From NCBI GenBank assembly GCA_964541635.1, contig CAZIQM010000001.1, positions 5,852 to 69,851 on the forward strand: DNA of 64,000 nt, given 5' to 3'. Position 1 is the first letter of the stretch. The number at the start of each line of letters is the position of its first letter. Positions 1 to 8,718 of the stretch are shown piece by piece. The notes beneath the pieces are model-generated. The model was not told where the DNA came from and searched no databases. It saw nothing but the letters and a program-made list of their open reading frames with translations. The DNA is from an uncultured Candidatus Peribacteria bacterium (lineage in GTDB: Bacteria > Patescibacteriota > Gracilibacteria > Peribacterales > Peribacteraceae). Made by a program: the position numbers and the translations under genes.

Positions 1-1
1 C

Positions 2-2143
2 GCCCGCGCACCGACGGCGCATAGTTCGGGCCATCCTGGCGGACCATTATCGTCATTCACCTTCGCGTACTTCCTCGCGGCGCGGCGCGACCCCTCGACG
101 GACCAGCCGCTGCGCTACTCCGCCGGCCACTTGAGCCTGCTCGCGTACGGGCTCCAGTGGATGTTCGGCAGGGGCAACGGCGACGAACGCCTCTCCTCGC
201 CCGAGAAGATCATCGAAACGTTCCGCATCCCCTCGGGCCTTCCCGGCCACGTGGAAGCCGGCATCGGCGACATCCCCTTCGGCACGGGCCCGCTCGGCAA
301 AGGCGTGAGCCACGGCCTCGGCACGGCGTTCGGCCTCAAGTACGCGAAAAAGCCGGGCATGGTCGACGTGCTCCTCGCCGACGGCGACAGCCAGGAAGGC
401 CAGGTGCTCGAAGCGTTCCGTTTGGCCTCACACCTGCAACTCGACAACCTCGTGGTGCACGGCGACTGGAACGATATCCAGCTCAGCGACATGCCCAGCA
501 AATCGTTCGCGACGGACATGGCGGGCATCGCCGAGGCGTGCGGATGGAACGTGATCGAAGTGCAGGACGGCAACGATCCCGCGCAGGTGGTCGCCGCGCA
601 GGACGCGGCCGACGCGTTGAAGGACTCGAAGCGCCCGACGTTCGTCTGTTACTACACGACGATGGGCCACGGCATTTCGTTCATGGAGGAAGGAAGCAAC
701 ACCGGCGCGAAGAACTACCACGGCTCGCCGCTCTCGAAGGAAGAATCGGAAAAGGCGGTGTCGATGCTGCGCCCCCTCGACGAACTGAAAGCGGCGTACG
801 AACCGTTCCGCCAAGCGGAGCTGAAGCGCGTCGTCGCGAAGCCGCAGGTGGAAACCGACATCCCCCTCTCGTTCGCGCCCGCCAAAGGCTACGTGCGCGC
901 CGTGACGAAAGAGAAGGGCGCGGCCCGGAAGGACTTCGGCGCGACGCACCTCAAGAACCTCATGAAGGGCGACGACCGCATCGTTGTCCTGCACGCGGAC
1001 CTCGGCGCCTCGGGCGGCTTCGACAAACTCGCGAAGGAATTCCCGACGCGCGTCTTCAACGTCGGCGTGGCGGAAGGGAACATGTACATGATGGCCGCGG
1101 GCATGCGCCAAGCGGGCCTGCTCCCGATCACCTACACCTTCGCCGCCTTCGGCACGAACGAAGCCCGCGCGTCGGCCCGCCTCATCGACATCAACGGGGG
1201 CCACACGCGCTGCGGCGTGATCCACGATTGCACGCACGCGGGCGTGTCCGTGGGCGAAGACGGCGAAACGCACCAGGAACAGAACTACCTGAACGTTCCC
1301 TACCGCCACACGCGGGTATGGATGCCCGGCGACAGCAACCAAGCGGCCGCCATGGCGGAGAAGGCGCTCGAGATCATCGCCGAGGGCCACGAGAGCGTGT
1401 ACGTGTTCTCGTCGCGCATGGACCACCCGCAGCTCCTCACGCCCGGCGGCGAACCGATCTACGGCAACGACTACGTCTTCGACGGCAAGGCGGACCTCAT
1501 CCGCGGCAAAGCCGACCGCAGCGACCGGCTCACGATCCTCGCGACGGGCATCGCCATCCACGCGGCGGTCGAAGCGGCGGAGCGCTACATGGCCGAAAAC
1601 ACGGACGTCTCCATCCGCGTGATCAACGTCGGCTGCCTGCGTCCGCTCGACGCGGCGACGGTCATCGCGGCCGCGCTCGAGACCACGCACCTCATCGTCG
1701 TCGAGGACCACAACATCGAAGGCGGCCTCGCCACGCAGGTCGCGGACCTCATCGCCGACTTCCAACTCCCCTGCTCTCTGAGGCGCCTCGGCCTCACGCA
1801 ATTCTATCCGTCGGGGAAAGCCGAAGACCTCCTCTTCTTCGCGGGGCTCGACGTCGACTCGATCCAAAACGCGATCGAAGAAGAAATCCGCACCGAGGTC
1901 ATGGGCGGCGAAGACGCGCTCGTCACGTGCGTGTTCGGCATGTTGCACCACCTGCACGTCAGCCGTTTCCGCGAACGCACGGAGCCGTTCATCGAACGCC
2001 TGAAGTCGGAACCCGGCTACCTCGAAGAGCTCCGCGCCGTGTGGGCCGAACGCACCGTCCCGGCCGAAAAACTCCCGAGCAACGACGAGCTGCGCAAGCG
2101 CCTCACGCAGGAAATCCAGTTCGGATCGGACGACGACGAGTGA
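2..2143 (+). CDS. tkt: transketolase with fused N- and C-terminal halves; the 5' end lies upstream of the window
   Basis: The frame is open back to position 2 (GHPGGPLSSFTFAYFL). TPP-binding region LADGDSQEGQVLEAFRLASHLQLDNLVVHGDWNDIQ, followed by the pyrimidine-binding and C-terminal domains. About 85 extra C-terminal residues. Confidence 0.9.
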   Translation, partial: ARAPTAHSSGHPGGPLSSFTFAYFLAARRDPSTDQPLRYSAGHLSLLAYGLQWMFGRGNGDERLSSPEKIIETFRIPSGLPGHVEAGIGDIPFGTGPLGKGVSHGLGTAFGLKYAKKPGMVDVLLADGDSQEGQVLEAFRLASHLQLDNLVVHGDWNDIQLSDMPSKSFATDMAGIAEACGWNVIEVQDGNDPAQVVAAQDAADALKDSKRPTFVCYYTTMGHGISFMEEGSNTGAKNYHGSPLSKEESEKAVSMLRPLDELKAAYEPFRQAELKRVVAKPQVETDIPLSFAPAKGYVRAVTKEKGAARKDFGATHLKNLMKGDDRIVVLHADLGASGGFDKLAKEFPTRVFNVGVAEGNMYMMAAGMRQAGLLPITYTFAAFGTNEARASARLIDINGGHTRCGVIHDCTHAGVSVGEDGETHQEQNYLNVPYRHTRVWMPGDSNQAAAMAEKALEIIAEGHESVYVFSSRMDHPQLLTPGGEPIYGNDYVFDGKADLIRGKADRSDRLTILATGIAIHAAVEAAERYMAENTDVSIRVINVGCLRPLDAATVIAAALETTHLIVVEDHNIEGGLATQVADLIADFQLPCSLRRLGLTQFYPSGKAEDLLFFAGLDVDSIQNAIEEEIRTEVMGGEDALVTCVFGMLHHLHVSRFRERTEPFIERLKSEPGYLEELRAVWAERTVPAEKLPSNDELRKRLTQEIQFGSDDDE

Positions 2144-2458
2144 TCACGCCGGCATCTTCTTGATACCCCATAGTCCCGCCGCGAGCAGGACGACGATCAC
2201 GATCTTCGCCATGACGTGCCCGTGCGGATCAAGAACCTGCAGGGTCAGCGGCGTGTACCGTGCCGTCAGGACGTGCGCGAGGAAGCTCGCGGGCAACGCC
2301 AGGAAATACCAGTTTCGCACCGGCACGCGCACGCCGCGGCGTGCGCAGAGCTTCGTCAGCCACGGCGCCAGGAACAGCAACGCGACGACCGTCAAAACGG
2401 AATCGAACACGCTGTAATCGCCGAGGCGCCACTGCCGCAGGTACTCCAAAATATGCAT
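2144..2458 (-). CDS. small hypothetical membrane protein (104 aa)
   Basis: ORF with 3 hydrophobic segments and protein-like composition. It fills the gap between tkt and the tRNA. No recognisable family. Confidence 0.55.
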   Translation of the reverse strand: MHILEYLRQWRLGDYSVFDSVLTVVALLFLAPWLTKLCARRGVRVPVRNWYFLALPASFLAHVLTARYTPLTLQVLDPHGHVMAKIVIVVLLAAGLWGIKKMPA

Positions 2459-2532
2459 GACCGCAGCATAGCCTCATTACCCGCCGTTCTTCAGCATCTC
2501 GCCGGGTTTTTCACGGTTTCCCCGCGAACGTG

Positions 2533-2620
2533 TGGCGGAGGGAGTGGGATTCGAACCCACGAAGCCTTGCGGCTTACCTGATTTCAAGTCAGGCGCGATC
2601 GACCACTCTGCCATCCCTCC
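2533..2620 (-). tRNA. tRNA-Ser (anticodon UGA), type II with long variable arm, CCA encoded
   Basis: The reverse complement reads GGAGGGA...CCTGA-CTTGAAA-TCAGG...GTGGG-TTCGAAT-CCCAC-TCCCTCC-G-CCA. The acceptor, anticodon and T arms pair, and there is a 16-nt variable arm. Confidence 0.9.
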
Positions 2621-2734
2621 GCAAGCAGTATAGCGCTTGCACACGCCAAGCGGGAAAGAGTGGACAACTCCGTTCGTCCGCCGTTGTAGCTCCCGTGGCC
2701 GGGGGTATACTCAGGTCCCCTTTTTCCCACCCCC

Positions 2735-3715
2735 ATGAAGAAATACATCGTCGTTTCGCTCCTCCTGCTGCCGCTCGCGGCCTGTTCATGGGGCACGACC
2801 GATACGCCCGCACCCGACGACGGCACCACGGTCGTCACCGAACGGCCCGAAACGAAGAACGTCATTTACCGCGGCCACCTGCTCCCCCTCGGCGCGAGCA
2901 TCTACATGGAAGGATCGCACCGCCTGGAGTTGGAAGACGGCCGTTTCGTCCTCCTGGAAAGCGACGGCCTGCTTCTCGACGAATACGTCAACAAGGACGT
3001 CGAAGTCTTCGGCAGCACCCGCGCGACGATCGAAGGCAGCGCCATCATCATGCGCGTCGAACGGATCGCCGAACTCTCCGAAAGCAGCGCCCCCGCGATC
3101 GAATCCTCCAGCTCTTCGTCCGCGGCGGTTTCGTCGTCGCCCGTCGCCGTGAGCAGCGCCGCGCCGGTCGTCCCGGCCGCGAGCAGCGCCAAACCGGTCG
3201 CCGCGTCGTCGGCGGCGCCGGTCGCCTCCAGCAAAGCGCCGGTCGCGGTGGTGTCGTCCGCGCCCGCGGCGGTCGCCTCCTCGTCCGTCTCGTCGGTCGA
3301 CGCGGCGTTCGAAGCGCGCGTGACGGCCATGGCGAAAGCGAAAATGGACGCCGCGAACTGGAGCCAGCAGTACTGCGCCCCCTCGAACCTGGCGTTCTGC
3401 TTCCCGGTGCACAAAAACTGGTGGTACACGTCGTTCGGCGCGACCTCGAGCAGCCTCTGGCACGTCGAAATGTCTTCCGAGGAACTCGTGGCGCTCGGCG
3501 ACGGCCCGATCGCGGTCGTGCTCGTCTCCGGCAACGCGTCCGTGCCGGACGGGACGGTGTCGACCGCGAACGGCGTGGCGCTCGGCGTCCGCGCGTGGAC
3601 GAACAACCGCCACATCGAGATCCGCGGCCCCGCGGCGTTGTCCCAGGCGGTCGCGTACATCACGGCCGAATTGAAACCCGCGCCGACCGCGGTCTCGTCC
3701 GCGTCCGCGCAGTGA
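2735..3715 (+). CDS. secreted lipoprotein, function unknown (326 aa)
   Basis: Lipobox MKKYIVVSLLLLPLAAC. Long Ser/Ala/Val-rich linker followed by a globular C-terminal domain. Confidence 0.8.
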   Translation: MKKYIVVSLLLLPLAACSWGTTDTPAPDDGTTVVTERPETKNVIYRGHLLPLGASIYMEGSHRLELEDGRFVLLESDGLLLDEYVNKDVEVFGSTRATIEGSAIIMRVERIAELSESSAPAIESSSSSSAAVSSSPVAVSSAAPVVPAASSAKPVAASSAAPVASSKAPVAVVSSAPAAVASSSVSSVDAAFEARVTAMAKAKMDAANWSQQYCAPSNLAFCFPVHKNWWYTSFGATSSSLWHVEMSSEELVALGDGPIAVVLVSGNASVPDGTVSTANGVALGVRAWTNNRHIEIRGPAALSQAVAYITAELKPAPTAVSSASAQ

Positions 3716-3727
3716 TACACTGATCGC

Positions 3728-4402
3728 ATGCCGACCTTCACCTACATCGCGAAGCGGGCCGACGGCGCGGAAACGCGCGGCAAGATCGACGCCGTGTCCA
3801 TCGACGCGGCGCGCGAAGAACTGCGAAAGCAGGGCTTGATGGTCGAGGACCTCCGCGAGCAACAGCCGCAGCGCCAGCAGCAACAGCCTGCGCGCCCCGC
3901 GCAGCAGCCGAAGCCGCAACAGCCCCAACAGCAGAAACCCGCGAACCAGCAGCAAAAACCCCCGCAGCAGAAACCCCAGGTCCCCAAGCCCACGGTCCAA
4001 CAACCCCCGAAGCCGATCATCCAGGCCTCGCCCGCGCCGAAAGCCTCGAAACCCGAACCGCTCCCGTGGAGCGGGGCGAACAACGGCGCGGCGCCGAAGC
4101 TCCCGGACGAAACGATGTACGCGCCGATGCACGAAACGCTCCGCATTTTCGCGGGGTGGCTCCTCGCGTGGTACGGCCTCATCTACGCCCTCGGGTTCCT
4201 CGAACAGACGGGCAAGCTCTCGCCGATCCCCTTCATCCACGAACTCTTCGCGTCGCGCCTCGTGCTGCAATTCACCTTCGGCACGTTCCTGGTGCTCGCG
4301 CTCTCGAACGTGCACCGCTGGCTCGGCCGCGGTCCGTTCGTCGGCTTCGCGCTCAGCCTCGCCTACCTCGGCGCACTGGCGGGATTCGTCATCTACGGCT
4401 GA
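3728..4402 (+). CDS. membrane protein with a GspF/PilC-like N-terminal motif, a Gln/Pro-rich linker and a TM-rich C-terminus
   Basis: The N-terminus MPTFTYIAKRADGAETRGKIDAVSIDAAREELRKQGLMVEDL matches the F-x-Y-x-A-x-D-x-x-G...A...L...GL pattern of T2SS/T4P platform proteins. It is followed by QQPQRQQQQP repeats and 3 hydrophobic segments. Confidence 0.75.
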   Translation: MPTFTYIAKRADGAETRGKIDAVSIDAAREELRKQGLMVEDLREQQPQRQQQQPARPAQQPKPQQPQQQKPANQQQKPPQQKPQVPKPTVQQPPKPIIQASPAPKASKPEPLPWSGANNGAAPKLPDETMYAPMHETLRIFAGWLLAWYGLIYALGFLEQTGKLSPIPFIHELFASRLVLQFTFGTFLVLALSNVHRWLGRGPFVGFALSLAYLGALAGFVIYG

Positions 4403-5023
4403 TCAGAGTCCGAGCTGCTTGCGGATTTCGTCCGCCTGCGCCTGGTCGTCCTGTTTCACCGACTGCTGGTGCGTGACGCCCTGGAGGTCTGCCCAGTCCT
4501 GCGCGTGGCGCTGTTCGAGCTTCATGAGCTGGAGCAAGTGCTTCGGCGAAAGCTCGGTGAACTTGCGGCGCTCCTCCTCGAGGATGTTCTGCAGTTCGTC
4601 GACCTGGTATTGCGAGAGCTTGGGGATGGCCTGGATGATGCGCCACTTCTCGTCGCGCGTGAGCGAAATCGATCCGCGGAGCAGCGTCAGGAATTTCTGC
4701 TCGTCGAAGGCGGTGCCCGTGTGCGCGGGAACGACGATGCTGTCGTTGCTCATTTGCATCGTGATCGAACCGAAACGGTAATCGCCGACTTCGCCGAGGA
4801 CGCGGATGTCTTCGTCGTCGTAACCCATCTCCTTCGTGGCGACGGTGCCCGGCGGGGGCGGCGGCGGTCCCATGTCCTGCGGCGGCGCGGCGCCGTCGTC
4901 GCCTTGGCCTCCCGCCTGTTGGGCGGGCGGGGGCGGGGGCGTGCCGAATACCTGGGTCGGATCGAGTCCGTCCTGGGGAACCGGATCGCCGGGGCGCGGG
5001 GGGTTCTGCTGGTCGTCTGCCAT
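4403..5023 (-). CDS. hypothetical protein with Pro-rich N-terminus (206 aa)
   Basis: Only the C-terminal 206 codons of the 848-aa track ORF look protein-like (MADDQQNPPRPGD...PPPPPPGT...SLTRDEKWRIIQAIPKLSQYQVDELQNILEEERRKF). ATG at 5023. Confidence 0.7.
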   Translation of the reverse strand: MADDQQNPPRPGDPVPQDGLDPTQVFGTPPPPPAQQAGGQGDDGAAPPQDMGPPPPPPGTVATKEMGYDDEDIRVLGEVGDYRFGSITMQMSNDSIVVPAHTGTAFDEQKFLTLLRGSISLTRDEKWRIIQAIPKLSQYQVDELQNILEEERRKFTELSPKHLLQLMKLEQRHAQDWADLQGVTHQQSVKQDDQAQADEIRKQLGL

Positions 5024-5070
5024 ACGGTGCCAGTCTACGCCAAAAGGCCCCTCTGACAATCGGAAACGGC

Positions 5071-7104
5071 TCAAGCGGACCGCTCCCCCTCGACGCCGAT
5101 CAGCTTCTCGGCGGTGCGCCGCACGCGCAGGATGAACGCCGGATCGAAGAGCTGAGGGAAGCGCATGTCCGGCAGGCCGCTCTGGCGCAAACCGAACAGC
5201 TCGCCGGGACCGCGCAGTTGCAGGTCGATCTCCGCGAGGTGGAATCCGGAGTGGTGTTCTTCCATCGCCTTCAGGCGGGGCGAACGCGCCTGTTCGGGCG
5301 TGGTGGTGAAGAGGAAGCAGTGGCTCTGGTGGTCGCCGCGCCCGACGCGCCCGCGGAACTGGTGAAGCTGCGAGAGGCCGAACCGCTCGGCTCCTTCGAT
5401 GACGATGATGGTCGCGTTCGGCACGTCGATGCCGACTTCGATGACCGACGTCGACACCAGGATGTCGCTCTCCTTCGCCTTGAACGCCTTCATGATCACG
5501 TCCTTCTCGTCGCCCGGCATGCGCCCGTGCAGCAGCGCGATGCGCCGGTGCGGGAACGCCTCGGCGAGGCGCGCGTGCTCCTGCTGGACGTTCTTCACCT
5601 CGCGGATATCCTCCGCTTCCGACTCGGCGATGAGCGGGCAGATGACGAACACTTGGCGGCCACCGTCGATTTCCTTGTCGATGAACAGCTCGATCGTCCG
5701 CCTGTCCTTGGGCGACACCACCTTGGTGTGGATGTCCTTGCGGTTCTTCGGCTTCGTCTGGAGCACGGACAGGTCGTGGTCGCCGTACGCCGTGAGCGCG
5801 AGCGTCCGCGGGATCGGCGTGGCGGTCATCGAGAGGAAATGCGGCGAACCTTTGTCCTTCAGCCGCGCGCGTTGCGCGACGCCGAACCGGTGCTGCTCGT
5901 CGACCACCACGAGGAGCAAGTTGGAAAAACGCACGGAATCTTCGATGAGCGCGTGCGTGCCGATGACGACGTCGATCGTTCCGGCGGCGAGCGATTGGCG
6001 CACCGCGTCCTTCTCGCCCGCCGTCATGGAACCCGTGAGGAGCTGGACGTTGGGCAACCGCCGCGAGCGGCCGTCCGCGGCGACGGCGTTGTGCCACGTG
6101 AGGAGCAATTTCGAGATCGAGAGCACGTGCTGCCTGGCCAAGACCTCCGTCGGGACCATGAGCGCAACCTGGCCGCCGTGCGCGATGGCGTTCGCCATCA
6201 CCGCCACGGCCACGAGCGTTTTGCCCGAGCCGACGTCGCCTTCGAGCAGGCGCGACATCGGGCGGTCCTTCTCCATGTCTTTCAATATTTCGTAGATCGC
6301 GATCTTCTGGTCGTCCGTGGGCGTGAACTGCAGCGACGAGAAGAAACTCTTGATGAGCTCCGGGTCCATCGGCGTCTTCAAACGGTCCTGCGCCGCGGAC
6401 TGCCACGCTTTGCGGCGCTCGAGGGCGTCTTGCTGCACGCCGAGCATTTCCTCGAACGCCATGCGTTCGCGCGCCCGTTCCACCGCGGCGGGATCGTCGG
6501 GAAAATGCAGCGCCTCGAAGGTCTCGCTCCTGCTGAGGAGGTTTTCCTCCTTCAGCACGGCTTCCGGCAGCGTTTCGGGTATGTCCGTGATGGCGGGGCG
6601 GACGAGCGTCATTTTCTCGCGCAGCCACTTCGTGTTGATGATGTCGTGCTGCGGGTAGATCGGCACGAGCCTCCCGGCGTGGACGAGGGGCTTGCTTCCC
6701 GCGACCTCGAACTGCGGGCTCGACATCTGCAACCGGACGCCCACCTCCTTCAACTTCCCCGTGAGCACGACTTCGCTGCCGTCCGGCAGCATGCGTTTCA
6801 CGTGCGGCTGGTTGAACCACGTGACCTCGCACGTATCGCCGGCCGTGTCGGTGAAGGTCGTCTTCAGCAAATTCTTGCCGCCGCGCAGCCGCGTGAACTT
6901 CAATTCGGCGATGGTGCCGCGCACCGTGACCTTCTCGCCGATGGCGCACTGCGCGAGCGTGCGGACCTGGCTCAGGTCTTCGTGTCCGCGCGGCAGGTAC
7001 TTCAACAAATCGAGCACCGTGCGGATGCCCATGCCTTCGAGCGCGTCGATATGGGCCTGCGTGGTGCGCAGGAGCGCCGACGTGAGACGGCTCGATCCTT
7101 TCAC
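5071..7104 (-). CDS. recG: ATP-dependent DNA helicase RecG
   Basis: Wedge/OB domain, then helicase motifs GDVGSGKT, VVDEQHRFGV, SMTATPIPRT and QLHQFRGRVGRG. GTG start. Confidence 0.93.
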   Translation of the reverse strand: MKGSSRLTSALLRTTQAHIDALEGMGIRTVLDLLKYLPRGHEDLSQVRTLAQCAIGEKVTVRGTIAELKFTRLRGGKNLLKTTFTDTAGDTCEVTWFNQPHVKRMLPDGSEVVLTGKLKEVGVRLQMSSPQFEVAGSKPLVHAGRLVPIYPQHDIINTKWLREKMTLVRPAITDIPETLPEAVLKEENLLSRSETFEALHFPDDPAAVERARERMAFEEMLGVQQDALERRKAWQSAAQDRLKTPMDPELIKSFFSSLQFTPTDDQKIAIYEILKDMEKDRPMSRLLEGDVGSGKTLVAVAVMANAIAHGGQVALMVPTEVLARQHVLSISKLLLTWHNAVAADGRSRRLPNVQLLTGSMTAGEKDAVRQSLAAGTIDVVIGTHALIEDSVRFSNLLLVVVDEQHRFGVAQRARLKDKGSPHFLSMTATPIPRTLALTAYGDHDLSVLQTKPKNRKDIHTKVVSPKDRRTIELFIDKEIDGGRQVFVICPLIAESEAEDIREVKNVQQEHARLAEAFPHRRIALLHGRMPGDEKDVIMKAFKAKESDILVSTSVIEVGIDVPNATIIVIEGAERFGLSQLHQFRGRVGRGDHQSHCFLFTTTPEQARSPRLKAMEEHHSGFHLAEIDLQLRGPGELFGLRQSGLPDMRFPQLFDPAFILRVRRTAEKLIGVEGERSA

Positions 7105-7119
7105 GGCCCGATTATACCG

Positions 7120-7575
7120 TCAGAGGCGGCCCAGCACCGACTGCAAAAACTCCTGGTCTTTGGGCACGCTAAGCAGGTTCAGGGCATCGGCCGGTTTCAC
7201 CCACCGCGCCTCGCGGATCCTGGCGTCCGCCGGGAAGAGATCTGTCTCGGTCGTCGTGAAGAGCATCACCGTGATGCGCTTGAGCTGCGTTTTGTCCTCG
7301 CGCCCCTGTTCGTCGATCGTGTACTTCGTGTAGCTGCCGAGCGTCTCGACCTCCGTGAGCTGGCGGATGCCGGTCTCTTCCGTGATTTCGCGTTTCGCCG
7401 CGGCCAAGCGGTGTTCCCCTTCCTCGATCTGCCCCTTCGGGATGGACCACACGCCGTTGCGCTGGAGCACGAGCAGCATCTCCCCCTTGGGGTTCAGCAC
7501 GACCCCTCCCGCGGAATTGCGGTAGGTCATGTGGGGAATCGCCTCCTTTTGCTTGGTAATCGCGCTGTGTTCCAT
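7120..7575 (-). CDS. NUDIX hydrolase
   Basis: Nudix box GQIEEGEHRLAAAKREITEETGI. The start is ambiguous: Met codons at 7647, 7575 and 7530. Confidence 0.8.
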   Translation of the reverse strand: MEHSAITKQKEAIPHMTYRNSAGGVVLNPKGEMLLVLQRNGVWSIPKGQIEEGEHRLAAAKREITEETGIRQLTEVETLGSYTKYTIDEQGREDKTQLKRITVMLFTTTETDLFPADARIREARWVKPADALNLLSVPKDQEFLQSVLGRL

Positions 7576-7636
7576 AAACAAGGACCCATCGTCCCACTGG
7601 AGCGTCGCGAGGGCAAGTTTGCTACACTCACCGTAT

Positions 7637-8026
7637 ATGACGGACATGAAGAGCCTCTATGACGAGCACAAAGACCTGGGCGAGGATGCCCAGAAACAAG
7701 CGGGCAAAGCCATCGCCGGCACCATGCGGCCCGAGATCGAGGCCTTCCTGAACGCCCTGCTGGGCCTCCTGGAAAAAAAGGAGATCGACTCCGGGAACCC
7801 GAAATCGTTCCTCAACGCCGCCGTGTACGACGCGTTGGGCGAAACCGACAAGGACAAAATCGACCTGGCGCTCATCAACCTGGGGCACATGCTGGAGGAC
7901 GTCATCGAATTCCGCCTCTCGAAGCTGACGCCCGATTCCTCGCCCCAGCTCGAAACGATGATCGCGGCGTTGCTCCAAACGAAAACGCGGATCGAGGAGA
8001 AGGTGGGAGACGTGTTCAAGTTCTGA
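7637..8026 (+). CDS. hypothetical protein (129 aa)
   Basis: In-frame ATG at 7637, preceded by TACACT 8 nt upstream. Helical, protein-like composition. Confidence 0.65.
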   Translation: MTDMKSLYDEHKDLGEDAQKQAGKAIAGTMRPEIEAFLNALLGLLEKKEIDSGNPKSFLNAAVYDALGETDKDKIDLALINLGHMLEDVIEFRLSKLTPDSSPQLETMIAALLQTKTRIEEKVGDVFKF

Positions 8027-8037
8027 CCACGACAAAA

Positions 8038-8062
8038 GCGCATCCGAACGTTTCGAATGCGC
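8038..8062 (+). terminator. hairpin downstream of the 7637-8026 CDS
   Basis: GCGCAT-CCGAA-cgt-TTCGA-ATGCGC imperfect stem with a weak U tract. Confidence 0.4.
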
Positions 8063-8091
8063 CTTCGTACATTTTGGCGGGCGGGAATGCC

Positions 8092-8487
8092 CTACTCTTT
8101 TTCACGCATCTGAAGGATAAATTCAGGCCCTACTCCGGTAGGCATAACTCCGGGCAAATCCAGAGTATCCGTGAACCATGTATCTGCCGCGAGGACGTCG
8201 CGATCACCCGTTGCAAGATGGTCAACGATTAGACCTTCTTTATGCACTGTCTGGGCAAAGTCGAACGCGAGATACACCGCAAGAGGTGGATTTCCATCGT
8301 CCTCTACGGGCTTCTCGTTTTCGATCCAAAAATGCATGCTCGGACCATCCGAATAATTCTCGAAGGTGAGACTATCTCTTTTCATTCCAAGCTCTTGGCA
8401 GAGCGTCAGGACCCACGAGAGGTCCTTCACGGAAGGAAATGTGACGACAATTCTTGGATCCTTCAGACTCACATAGAAACGTTTCAT
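8092..8487 (-). CDS. hypothetical protein in a low-GC segment (131 aa)
   Basis: Start MKRFYVSL, preceded by AAGGGGA 8 nt upstream, one of very few SD-like sites in the window. GC is clearly below that of its neighbours. Confidence 0.6.
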   Translation of the reverse strand: MKRFYVSLKDPRIVVTFPSVKDLSWVLTLCQELGMKRDSLTFENYSDGPSMHFWIENEKPVEDDGNPPLAVYLAFDFAQTVHKEGLIVDHLATGDRDVLAADTWFTDTLDLPGVMPTGVGPEFILQMREKE

Positions 8488-8597
8488 GACGTTTCCCCTT
8501 TTTATAAGGCTGTTCTTGCACGGTCCCGCCCGTGGTGTAAATGTACTATGAATATAATAAAACATTAATATATATTGTCAATGTATGGATTTTGGCT

Positions 8598-8700
8598 TAA
8601 GTTAGCTGTCGCGCATCGATCCAACGGATCCGATCGTCGTCCTTCCCCCACGTCAGTCCTCGGTACGATTTTGCTGCGGCAAAATCACTCGGCCTGACAA
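8598..8700 (-). pseudogene. degenerate duplicate of the miaA 3' end (last ~30 codons)
   Basis: The minus-strand translation ...FAAAKSYRGLTWGKDDDRIRWIDARQLT* resembles the intact miaA C-terminus ...IAAKTRQYAKRQMTWWKDDERIKWIDARQM*. The DNA similarity is visible too (gcatcgatcca..gatccg..atcgtcgtccttcc). Confidence 0.7.
8652..8700. repeat. left inverted repeat of the GIY-YIG cassette
   Basis: gtcagtcctcggtacg...gctgcgg...cactcggcctgacaa is the reverse complement of blocks at 9113-9162 (15 + 7 + 16 nt identical). Confidence 0.8.
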
Positions 8701-8718
8701 GCCCGCCGTTCTTAGGGG

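Noticed and set aside
428-7662. Long antisense or read-through ORFs (428-1957 minus, 2786-4315 minus, 5218-7662 plus, and the upstream 640 codons of 4403-6949 minus)
   Set aside because: They overlap tkt, the lipoprotein genes and recG, which have clear family motifs. Only the last 206 codons of 4403-6949 look like protein.
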